The notes beneath the pieces are model-generated. The model was not told the DNA's origin and did no database searches. It saw only the letters and a program-made list of their open reading frames with translations. 64,000 nt of DNA from NCBI GenBank assembly GCA_963662405.2, contig CAXXKT010000001.1, positions 96,001 to 160,000 of the forward strand. The letters run 5' to 3'. The stretch is from Syntrophales bacterium (GTDB lineage: Bacteria > Desulfobacterota > Syntrophia > Syntrophales > UBA2210). The position numbers were made by a program, and so were the translations under genes. Positions 29,003-37,509 of this stretch are shown here, one piece after another (the stretch's first letter is position 1; each line of letters begins with the position of its first letter).

Positions 29003-29245
29003 TCAATCAATCACCCGCTTGTTTTCTTCGATGAATCTTTCAATGTCCTGGGTGTCTATGTACTGTTTCCGTCCGCCGGGGAATTGAACAACCGGGATTA
29101 GCCCTTGCCATATCCTTTCCCTCATTGCCCAGGTGGTTAGCCCAAGGCATTCCGCCGCCTGTTTTAACGGTAAGAGACGGGGGGACTGTGGATTTGAAAT
29201 CCCCTGTTCCGGTTTCTTCTCTATTATTCCGCTACGTTCCGCCAT
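29003..29245 (-). CDS. Excisionase/HTH_17-like DNA-binding protein
   Basis: 'LLPLKQAAECLGLTTWAMRERIWQGLIPVVQ..GGRK.YID..DIERFIE'. Confidence 0.8.
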   Translation of the reverse strand: MAERSGIIEKKPEQGISNPQSPRLLPLKQAAECLGLTTWAMRERIWQGLIPVVQFPGGRKQYIDTQDIERFIEENKRVID

Positions 29246-29405
29246 GCTGTGCCCCCTTTGTGCCCGTGATTTGCCCTTTAATTCTGTTCATTCGTTATTT
29301 GTCGGAGATACTTTTCCGTCTCCTTCAATCTCATCATTGAGCACTCTTCTTGCCCAATTCATGACAACCCCCGCATACCCCTCTTACTGACATAGTTATA
29401 AACTC

Positions 29406-29595
29406 TTCGTGTTTCCGAAACCCGAGCGCACAAAAATATTGAAACAGGCATTTTCTCGTTTACCGCGTTGTTATGATTAGCAAAGCAGTCTCTTTTTCGT
29501 CTTTGTTGCTTCTTCATGTTTCCGAAACCCTACCCCTCTGCAACCTGTTTCATACCTTCGTGTTTCCGAAGTGACTCGCTTCGGGTTTCCGAAGT
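29406..29595. repeat. Four iteron-like direct repeats TTCRKGTTTCCGAA
   Basis: Copies starting at 29406, 29513, 29557, 29580 at the 3' end of the Rep-like gene. Confidence 0.7.
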
Positions 29596-30061
29596 TACTT
29601 TTATTTTGTGCATGTGGCTTTTCACGTCATGTCCACGTGGGAGAGACCGCTTCTTTTCGACTTTTTTAAATTTCTCTGTTCCGTAATCTCTCCATCGTTC
29701 CGATATTGCATACATGGAATAATCATGGCCAAAGGTCCCTCCCTGGTGCTCGATCTCCACGAAGCCAACCTCAACAAGTTTCTTGATTGCCTCGTAAAAG
29801 GCTGTGGTCTTGATACCGAGCGCAGCCGCTTCAGCATAAGGAAATACGATATTATGGTTCTCATAGATTCTTTTTGAGCGTCCCCCTTGCTTGATGTTTG
29901 ACCAAGTCCTTTTTTGCAGTAACCTCAGCAAAACCCGGATAGCGGAAGCATTCAATTCCTTAAATGCCTGAGAAGCTAAGATTTCCCATTGGTCTTCCCC
30001 CGATTTAGTGGACATACCGAAGAGTTTCTCTTATAGACATAGAGTAACGAGGAGGCATGTC

Positions 30062-30364
30062 ATGGTTAATGGGAAGGATAAGCGGTATTTTGATCGGGAG
30101 TTTAAGTATGAGGCGATTCGGTTAATGGATGAAGGTAAACGTTCTGTAAGTGATCTAGCTAAGGATTTGAATGTTCATAAAAACCTGCTTCATCAGTGGA
30201 GGCGTAAATATCGGGCGGACATGGAGCAAGCTTTTCCCGGGAAAGGTCATTTGAAGGCACCTGAGGAGGAACTTCGTCGGTTGCGGCGGGAGAATGAGAG
30301 CTTAAGGGAGGAGAGGGAAATCTTAAAAAAAGCGTTGGCCATCTTCTCGAAACACCCAAAGTAA
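30062..30364 (+). CDS. IS3 OrfA (HTH + leucine zipper)
   Basis: 'FDREFKYEAI...DLAKDLNVH..LL..WR', 'EILKKALAIFS'; A7G slippery site at 30325-30332. Confidence 0.92.
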   Translation: MVNGKDKRYFDREFKYEAIRLMDEGKRSVSDLAKDLNVHKNLLHQWRRKYRADMEQAFPGKGHLKAPEEELRRLRRENESLREEREILKKALAIFSKHPK

Positions 30365-30375
30365 AGTATGAGTTC

Positions 30376-31224
30376 ATGGAAAATCACCGTTCCGAATTTT
30401 CGGTGAAGAAGATGTGCCGAGTGCTGGGGGTATCCAGGAGCGGTTATTACATATGGGGGAAACACAGCAAGAGTGACCGCCAGAGAGAGAATGAGCGGTT
30501 GCTGATGTATATTCGGGACGCTTTCATAAAGGGTCGCGGCACATATGGTAGCCCGAGGGTGACAGCGGAACTTCAGGCCCACGGGATTAAGTGTAGCAGG
30601 AAACGAGTGGCTCACCTGATGAAGAGTCATGGGATTAAGGCAAAGACGAAACGCAGGTTCAAGGCCACCAAAAAATCCAAGCATGAGTTTTTAGTGGCGG
30701 ATAATCTTTTAAATCGGAGATTTTCGACAGATGTGGCCAACAAGGTGTGGGTTTCTGATATTACCCTTATTTGGACGAGAGAGGGTTGGCTTTATCTGGC
30801 AGCGATCCTGGATGTTTTCAATCGTAAGATTATTGGATGGTCGATGGATAACAGATTGAGTCATAAGATTCTTGCAGATGCCTTGCACAAGGCGATCAGG
30901 CAGCGGCGACCCAAAGCTGGTGTTATGTTTCATTCAGATCGTGGAACTCAATATACCAGCTATGCTTTTCAGGGGCTGATGGAGAAATATGGTTTTATTC
31001 AGAGCATGAACTCTTCGGGGAATTGTTACGACAATGCTCTTATGGAATCGTTTTTCCATACCTTAAAGACGGAGCTTGTTTATTTTGAGAAGTATCAGAC
31101 AAGACAGGAAGCTCGCGGGAGCATATTCGAATATATCGAAGTTTTCTATAATTGCGTTAGAAGACATTCATCATTGAATTATTGCTCTCCCGCTGAGTTT
31201 GAACGAAAAGCGTGTGTAACTTAG
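30376..31224 (+). CDS. IS3 OrfB DDE transposase (-1 frame to OrfA)
   Basis: 'WVSDIT', 'FHSDRGTQY', 'DNALMESFF'. Confidence 0.94.
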   Translation: MENHRSEFSVKKMCRVLGVSRSGYYIWGKHSKSDRQRENERLLMYIRDAFIKGRGTYGSPRVTAELQAHGIKCSRKRVAHLMKSHGIKAKTKRRFKATKKSKHEFLVADNLLNRRFSTDVANKVWVSDITLIWTREGWLYLAAILDVFNRKIIGWSMDNRLSHKILADALHKAIRQRRPKAGVMFHSDRGTQYTSYAFQGLMEKYGFIQSMNSSGNCYDNALMESFFHTLKTELVYFEKYQTRQEARGSIFEYIEVFYNCVRRHSSLNYCSPAEFERKACVT

Positions 31225-31595
31225 TGGGGTGTCCACTTTTTCGGGGCAAGATCACATGATATGTATACGTTACGTCTAAGCTGGTATTTGTGTTGTTTCC
31301 CTCTCATTAAGCGCCTCCTGGAGCGCGTACCCTGGTTATATGATTCCGGGGAAGGTGGAGGCCAGGACTCCCCACTCTTCGGATACAATCCTATCCCCGG
31401 AAAGCGTTATTTGTTGTAGCTGTGCCATGTGTGTTCTTTTCATTAGACCCCTTTTTGTTTACCTCCCTGCCTCATTTAATCGCAGGTGGGAACATCAAAA
31501 ATAAAAAAGCCATGAATGACCCGGTTTAAGGGCCTCTCATGGCTTGCTTGCTTTGCAAGTTTTTGTTGCTTGCTTTTAGGCTGGCTTGCCTTTAT

Positions 31596-31772
31596 CTATA
31601 TATTTAAAGCCAATTTATCACTCTGGGTTTTAACAAGACGGTATTTTTTTATTTCAATATTTCCGTCCTTGATAATTAAATCCCGTGGGAACTTCCCTTT
31701 ACGATCCACAATGATTTGTTCTTGGTTAATAGATTCAATTGTTTTTATACGTGTGACGTCCCCTTCCTTCAT
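31596..31772 (-). CDS. 58-aa protein ending in a HemP-like motif (below ORF-track cutoff)
   Basis: AAGGGAG RBS; MKEGDVTRIK...KKYRLVKTQSDKLALNI. Confidence 0.45.
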   Translation of the reverse strand: MKEGDVTRIKTIESINQEQIIVDRKGKFPRDLIIKDGNIEIKKYRLVKTQSDKLALNI

Positions 31773-32517
31773 TCTGTGGTCTCCCTTTCGCTAATATTAT
31801 TTATGTGAATCATTCTTGCGACTCTTTTAATTAATGACTTTGAGCACATAACCACCTTTGGCATCATAAAGCCGTTTCTGTATAATTTCTTTTGAGGGGG
31901 TATTGGCGCCGTCAAGAAAGCTTTTCTCTTTTTTCTTGACTTAGGGGCGACAGGAGATTTACATTAGGATCACAACTTGACGATATAAATCTATCGTCGC
32001 CCCGCCTGATGGTTTCTCTGCCAGGAGAGACCGTCGGGCTTTTTTTTACCCTCATTGTTGCCTTATCTTATTACAAATTCATAAATACTGAGAAGCAGTA
32101 ATTTAGGCTAAAAACTCAAACTGGGCTAATAAGCTAATATAACTATAGATATTTTTTTAATTTGTTGATAATCTTCCAAAGAATTCAGGGGAGTTCAAAG
32201 AAGAGAATCTCCCCCGGTTTATTGCTGTTTCCGATAATATTATATATATCAAGCACGTGGAGTCTATCCCCCATAATAAGTATTCTTGCATGTCTCCGCC
32301 CCCTTCGCGTCCCTGTAGGTAGGTGGGGGAAGACCGGGCAGGGTCCCCGGTTTTTCGGTAGCGAACCTATCCCCCTAAATTGTGCCTTTTCCTGTGCCCG
32401 TGAGGTCAAATTTTGCTGAATTTTACCGCATATTCCCCAACGTGAACAACAAAATAAACACCTAATCTTTCAAATAGTTGCCTTTTCCCTTGCGTTTTCC
32501 AACTTTCTTTTTTCGAA

Positions 32518-32563
32518 CTCCGGAGCCAAAGGCCCTGGGTTCGAGTCCCAGATCGCCTACCAT
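32518..32563 (+). repeat. attR: duplicated tRNA-Arg 3' end
   Basis: Identical to 23223-23268. Confidence 0.95.
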
Positions 32564-32737
32564 AAAAGTTATAAGGGGTTATAGCTGTCCTATAACCCCT
32601 TATAACAACCATCTTTCATTTTACCCCACACCCTACCCCACACGGGAAGATGAATTTGGTCCTTTTCAGGCAATATGGGCGAAATATTTGTTGGGGTGGA
32701 TGTTGATATATACTTGAAGGAATATCGTTGTTTCTTC

Positions 32738-34175
32738 CTCCTACCATGAATTTATATAGAGTGGTGTATAATCGATTAGTCGATGTTCATGGGAAGGCGG
32801 GAGGACTCAGTGCTTCCTGGGCGTTAGAGCCCTCATTTCAGTATGTCCCAAGCCTCTGTGAACCATAATAGGTTGGTTGGATCATTGAATCCTTGTCACG
32901 CTGGAGGATTGGTCTGGAGGCTATGGTTCCTGCTTTTCCTTTCATTCGTTAGGAGGTGAAGCGATGTCAGGATTAACGGACAGCTTTAATGATTTTGTTG
33001 GAATAGATGTTTCCAAAGATAAATTCGACGCCTGCGGAATCACAAGAGATGCAGCACAGCTCTTCCAGTTTTCCGCGAGCATGGATCGTAAGGGCTTCGA
33101 TAAGTTGAGGGAACATCTTGCTTCTGTTTCCATTTCGTCCGTTTTAATCGGGATGGAATCAACAGCATCTTATCATATCAATCTTTTCTCGTACTTGATT
33201 TCAGAGGGTTACCGAGTGATCATCATTAATCCTCTGCTGATTTCCAATTACGTGAAGATGCAGCTCCGGAAAACCAAGACAGATAAGAAGGATGCCGCTG
33301 TTATTGCCATGTTTCTTCTTGCACACAGAAATACCCTGAGCCAACGATCATATTCTCCTTTGATTTCCGAGCTTCGGGATCTTTCACGTCAGCGGGAGAA
33401 TCTGGTTGATGAGATGACCGCTCTGAAGATCAACATCAAACGGCTCCTGAATATCACTTTTCCGGAATTGGAGCATATGACGTTGGTCTTTACGAAGTCT
33501 ATGCTGAAGCTTCTCCAGCAATACCCATCTGCTGTTGCTCTGAGAAGTGCGGATCCTATTCAATTGTCCCAGACGCTCATTGCAGATTCCTATGGGCACA
33601 AAAGAGAAGCATTTACCGCGGAGTTAATGAAGGCAGCTAGAGCGTCGGTCGGTACCCACAGTGCTGCGAAGGAAGTCATTCTTAAACAACAGGTGACCTT
33701 GCTCCTTCACTTTGAAGAGGACCTGCAAGAGATAACCGGCATATTAATTGAGATGAGCCGAAATCTGATGGAAGAAGACATAAACATTCTGACTTCCATA
33801 AAGGGCATTGGTAACAAAACTGCTGTTAATTTTCTCATTGAGATGGGGGGCGACATCAATCAGTATGATGATTCCGGGAAGATCATTGCCATGGCGGGCT
33901 TAGATCCGGCTGTTTACCAGTCAGGCAAACATGAAGGTAAAGGCAAGATCACGAAACGAGGGAACCGCCATTTACGGAGAGTCATCTGGATGATGGCAAC
34001 CAGGGTGATCAACTATAGCGATGTTTTCAAGACTTACTACCTCAAACGTAGAAAGGAGGGATTGCCGTATAAGATGGCAGTATTGGCCACCGCTCACAAA
34101 TTGATCCGTGTCATCTATGCCATGCTGACGCAACGGACAACTTTCTGCCCACAGATAAATTCATGATAGTTGACT
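32738..34175 (+). mobile_element. IS110-family element (copy A)
   Basis: CT core at 32738-39 and 34174-75; sub-terminal IR CATGAATTTAT (32745) / ATAAATTCATG (34155); ~220-bp left non-coding end. Confidence 0.85.
32964..34166 (+). CDS. IS110-family DEDD recombinase/transposase
   Basis: 'VGIDVSK', 'MESTASY', 'KTDKKDA', 'SIKGIG', 'AGLDP..YQSG', 'KRGNRHLR'. Confidence 0.95.
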   Translation: MSGLTDSFNDFVGIDVSKDKFDACGITRDAAQLFQFSASMDRKGFDKLREHLASVSISSVLIGMESTASYHINLFSYLISEGYRVIIINPLLISNYVKMQLRKTKTDKKDAAVIAMFLLAHRNTLSQRSYSPLISELRDLSRQRENLVDEMTALKINIKRLLNITFPELEHMTLVFTKSMLKLLQQYPSAVALRSADPIQLSQTLIADSYGHKREAFTAELMKAARASVGTHSAAKEVILKQQVTLLLHFEEDLQEITGILIEMSRNLMEEDINILTSIKGIGNKTAVNFLIEMGGDINQYDDSGKIIAMAGLDPAVYQSGKHEGKGKITKRGNRHLRRVIWMMATRVINYSDVFKTYYLKRRKEGLPYKMAVLATAHKLIRVIYAMLTQRTTFCPQINS

Positions 34176-34227
34176 GAAAGAGATGGGATCAAGAGTGAAG
34201 AAAAAGTGGAGGATTTCTTTCCGTATT

Positions 34228-34283
34228 CATTAACACAGAGTTCACCGGGGCGCTTACGCATCCGGTGAAACAACTTGTTCAGC
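34228..34283 (-). other. attC site ending array-1 cassette
   Basis: Minus strand GCTGAAC...GTTTCACCGG-ATGCGTAAGCGC-CCCGGTGAAC...GTTAATG; R'' nearly complementary to GTTCGGC at cassette start (35245-35251). Confidence 0.75.
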
Positions 34284-34613
34284 ATTCGTGCTTTTAGACT
34301 CCGGGAGTGTGCCGGTTTTTAGTCGATACTCGTAGGTCTGTTCCTTTTTGCATCGGTTTACGATGGTTGTCTCATTAACGGGTGCTCCCATTGTCCAGTA
34401 GACTATTTCGTCTTCATCGAAATACGTAATACGTTTCTTGTAAAAGTGCCCCTCGTATCCGTATGATCTGATATGCCCGACAAGCTGAATAAATAATTCT
34501 TCGTCAAGGCGGTCACGTACAATATACTCGTGTGGCCAAGTAGGCGCATAGGTCTTGGCAAACGTCCACTTCTGCTCTGTGATAAAAGCTTTGAGGTTGG
34601 TGGGAAGCTTCAT
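34254..34613 (-). CDS. Hypothetical protein (cassette gene)
   Basis: 'WTFAKTYAPTWPHEYIVRD...YWTMG'; stop lies inside the attC. Confidence 0.7.
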   Translation of the reverse strand: MKLPTNLKAFITEQKWTFAKTYAPTWPHEYIVRDRLDEELFIQLVGHIRSYGYEGHFYKKRITYFDEDEIVYWTMGAPVNETTIVNRCKKEQTYEYRLKTGTLPESKSTNAEQVVSPDA

Positions 34614-34647
34614 CGTCTCATTCCTGTTCGGTGTCCCGGATGGCCTT

Positions 34648-35226
34648 TCAATATGGGATTCGTTCGTCCAGCCCGCGAATTGTCTCAGGTGCTGCAATAA
34701 CGAGTTGTCCGCGATTCTTCTCGCTCTTGGTTCCGATATGATTGTCAGCCGGATATAGCGCCGTGTCTACAGGATGGTTGTTCCTCAGATTCCAACCGAT
34801 GCACCCTTCAATGTGTTTTCGCAATTGAGGGTCAACCTCTACTGGGGCAAAGAAGATGTTTAGAACGGACACATATTTGATGACTGAACCATGGATGGTC
34901 TCGTATGCGTCAATCTGCTTATGCGGTCCATCTGGTGATTTGTCTCTCCACAGCCCCGGCCAAATGAGTTCGCAGATGCCTTGTTGCGCCTTGTCGGGAT
35001 CGAATATACCATAGTTGAGTCCGAGGATATGGATGAGGTGTTCCCGTTGTCGTTTTGCGAGAGACACCGTCTCTCCCACGTAGTGCACCATGTGTGTACG
35101 GTCAGCATGTTGCTGAATAGTCCATAGATATACTCCGGCAACACTGGCGCATGGTGCCGTGAAAACAGAATTATGACGATCCAGAAAGCTGAATGGCCCA
35201 GTAAAGTTTAGATTAAGCGTTTCCAT
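34648..35226 (-). CDS. GIY-YIG-like nuclease (cassette gene)
   Basis: 'GVYLWT...HYVGET...RQREH'. Confidence 0.6.
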   Translation of the reverse strand: METLNLNFTGPFSFLDRHNSVFTAPCASVAGVYLWTIQQHADRTHMVHYVGETVSLAKRQREHLIHILGLNYGIFDPDKAQQGICELIWPGLWRDKSPDGPHKQIDAYETIHGSVIKYVSVLNIFFAPVEVDPQLRKHIEGCIGWNLRNNHPVDTALYPADNHIGTKSEKNRGQLVIAAPETIRGLDERIPY

Positions 35227-35248
35227 GTGTTCCGTATCCTGGTTGCCG

Positions 35249-35281
35249 AACAATGTTTATATGGATCCTGATAAAAACCTA
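35249..35281 (-). other. attI-like site, copy 1
   Basis: Minus strand TAGGTTTTTATCAGGATCCATATAAACATTGTT directly abutting cassette start; 32/33 identical to 62267-62299. Confidence 0.65.
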
Positions 35282-35383
35282 TTTTCCTTCCTGCTATACG
35301 TACCAAAGTGGTGATTGCAACTGAGGTAATTTAGGTTCATCATCTGTCTGTATTTCTTATTGATTCAGGATAAGGAGGCAGAG

Positions 35384-36532
35384 ATGACCATGAAAGACGA
35401 TACTACACGGAAGGCAGCAATGTCTTCTGCAGTTACAGAACATCCCACCGCAACGACATCCTGGCATTACCAGACTCGTTTCCGTTTTTCATTACATCGT
35501 GATGGAAGTGTTGAGACACTCGCTACGATTTTGCAGCATCTTTCCCACATGGATCTTCCGGGCACGGATCATGTTGCGGCCTATCTGCGTTACCTGACCT
35601 ATCGTAACCGGCGCCCCCGGACGTTGACAAGTCGTTTTGGTTCCATAGTTTTGTTCCTCGCCATGGTGCGTGACAGCGGGAAGACACGTATTGAAGACGT
35701 TACCAGGAGAGATATTGAGTGCTTTATCGAGCACGAGCAGGACAGGGGCAATAAGATTACGACGATACGGACAAAGCTCGTCAATGTGCAAGCCTTTCTG
35801 CGCTATCTCGTGGAGGAGGAGATTGTTTCCCCGGATGTGTTTGGCAGGAGGATACGGTTGCAGCTGCCGGAGCGGCTGCCGAGGGCTATGGATCCTGACG
35901 ATCTACAGAAGCTGTTATCCGTGATTGACGATACCCGGGACCGAGCCATGATCATGGTACTGTTGAGGACGGGGATGCGCATCGGCGAGTTGCTCAATAC
36001 GAAGGTATCAGATGTCCACATCGGGGAACGGAGGATAGAGATTTACGAAGGCGAGAAGAACCGCCTGGGGCGCGTGGTGTATCTCAGTGACGATGCGATC
36101 CGTGCGCTCCGGAGGTGGTTGCAGGAGAGGAATCCCTGGGAGGCGTACCTTTTTTCCACTCATAGAAGCATATACCAGATGTCGTACAGCACCGCCCGTC
36201 TGATCTTCCATCGATATCTTGAGAAGGCGGGGTTACGTGACCGGGGCTATACGCTCCATACGCTTCGGCACACCTTTGCAACGGAGTTTCTCAACGCTGG
36301 CATGCGCCTGGAGTGTCTCCAGGTGCTGCTGGGTCACCGGAGTATCGAGGAGACCAGGCGCTATGCCAGGCTTACCGACAAGACCCGCGAGGAAGAGTAC
36401 TTTCGGGCCATGGCCCGGATAGAAGGGAGGGATAGTGATGGACATAACCAATGTCATCGTGAACTGGCGGCGGTTTCTGAAACGGAGAAACTGTTCGCCC
36501 AATACCGTGAAGAACTATCTGAATCTCATTAA
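35384..36532 (+). CDS. XerC/D-like tyrosine recombinase 1 (not IntI)
   Basis: SAM-like N domain; RTGMR, K, HTLRH, LGH, Y intact; no IntI-specific insertion. Confidence 0.92.
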   Translation: MTMKDDTTRKAAMSSAVTEHPTATTSWHYQTRFRFSLHRDGSVETLATILQHLSHMDLPGTDHVAAYLRYLTYRNRRPRTLTSRFGSIVLFLAMVRDSGKTRIEDVTRRDIECFIEHEQDRGNKITTIRTKLVNVQAFLRYLVEEEIVSPDVFGRRIRLQLPERLPRAMDPDDLQKLLSVIDDTRDRAMIMVLLRTGMRIGELLNTKVSDVHIGERRIEIYEGEKNRLGRVVYLSDDAIRALRRWLQERNPWEAYLFSTHRSIYQMSYSTARLIFHRYLEKAGLRDRGYTLHTLRHTFATEFLNAGMRLECLQVLLGHRSIEETRRYARLTDKTREEEYFRAMARIEGRDSDGHNQCHRELAAVSETEKLFAQYREELSESH

Positions 36533-37331
36533 ACACTTTGTTGTCTGGGCGGACGTGCCCGTTGAGGAGGTGACGCATGCAACGGTATCGCGCTACATAG
36601 AGTATCTGATGCAGAAGCGGCTATCGCCCAAGACCGTCAACTGTCATCTGAACGGTATTCGTCAGTTCTATCACTATCTGCGGGAAGAGGAAGGGATCGG
36701 TATTGTCAATCCCATCAGGAACAAACATACACAGAAGATGCCCCGACCCCTTCCCCGGCATTTACGAGACGAGCAGGTGGATCGTTTCTTTAACGTTGTG
36801 AATGGACACCGTGACCGTGCCATGTTCATGCTCATGCTCCGTTGCGGTCTCAGGGTGGAAGAGGTTGCCACCCTTGCCATCGGTGCCATAGACATCAAAC
36901 GCAGGGCTATCTTGATTGAGGACGGCAAGGGTGCAAAGGACCGGGTCGTGTATATGAGTAATGATGTGATTCAGTCACTGGCAGCCTATCTGAGAGTACG
37001 GCCGGCATCCCGGGCACGGAAGATCTTTCTGGCAGAGAAAGAGCCGTGCAGGGGCCAGCCCATCTCCATCCGCGGCATTCAACGGCGCATGGAACACTAT
37101 GCCCGCAAAGCGCGGATCAAAATGTCCTGTCATCATCTCCGGCATACGATGGCTACGCAGATGCTCAATGCCGATGCTGATCTGTGTACGATTCAGGATC
37201 TTCTCGGCCACAGCAATATAAAAACCACCCAGAGGTATTGCCGTGTATCGAACATGAAGGTTCAGAGAGATTACTTCAATGCCATGGAGGTCATTATGCA
37301 CCGAAGGGCCTGCAACCCACATAACACTTGA
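36435..37331 (+). CDS. XerC/D-like tyrosine recombinase 2 (not IntI)
   Basis: RCGLR, GKGAKDR, HHLRH, LGH, TTQRY; overlaps recombinase 1 by ~98 bp. Confidence 0.92.
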   Translation: MMDITNVIVNWRRFLKRRNCSPNTVKNYLNLIKHFVVWADVPVEEVTHATVSRYIEYLMQKRLSPKTVNCHLNGIRQFYHYLREEEGIGIVNPIRNKHTQKMPRPLPRHLRDEQVDRFFNVVNGHRDRAMFMLMLRCGLRVEEVATLAIGAIDIKRRAILIEDGKGAKDRVVYMSNDVIQSLAAYLRVRPASRARKIFLAEKEPCRGQPISIRGIQRRMEHYARKARIKMSCHHLRHTMATQMLNADADLCTIQDLLGHSNIKTTQRYCRVSNMKVQRDYFNAMEVIMHRRACNPHNT

Positions 37332-37509
37332 CGGAACAGAGAATATGTGAAATGGTAAACAACAACTAACCGCATAGAATCAATAGGTAAATCAGACTAT
37401 AGTACGTATAGCTTCCTGTAGTTGAGAAAAACAAGGGTGAAGAAGAAGTAGAATATTTCTTCCTGCAATCATTAGGAAAATAGTCGCTGTTGTCACTATT
37501 TTTCAAGAC

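Larger units (their letters stand above)
29990..31254 (+). mobile_element. IS3-family insertion sequence, 1265 bp
   Basis: TG...CA ends, imperfect IRs TGGTCTTCCCCCGATTTAGTGGACA / TGATCTTGCCCCGAAAAAGTGGACA, 3-bp target duplication CAT (29987-29989, 31255-31257). Confidence 0.95.
29530..31307 (-). pseudogene. Winged-HTH replication-protein-like gene (169 aa) interrupted by IS3
   Basis: Removing the IS and one CAT copy restores MRGKQHKYQLRRNVYISWEILASQAFKEL... in frame, with an AGGAGG RBS. Confidence 0.75.
35293..37412 (+). mobile_element. Dual tyrosine-recombinase module
   Basis: 11-bp IR GCTATACGTAC / GTACGTATAGC flanked by TTCCT on both sides; two overlapping recombinase genes. Confidence 0.65.

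Noticed and set aside
32518..32563. Second tRNA-Arg gene
   Set aside because: Only the 3' 46 bp are present (attR)
35384..37331. Calling the recombinases integron integrases (IntI) or host XerC/XerD
   Set aside because: No IntI-specific insertion is visible, and the overlapping tandem arrangement in an accessory region is unlike housekeeping xer genes
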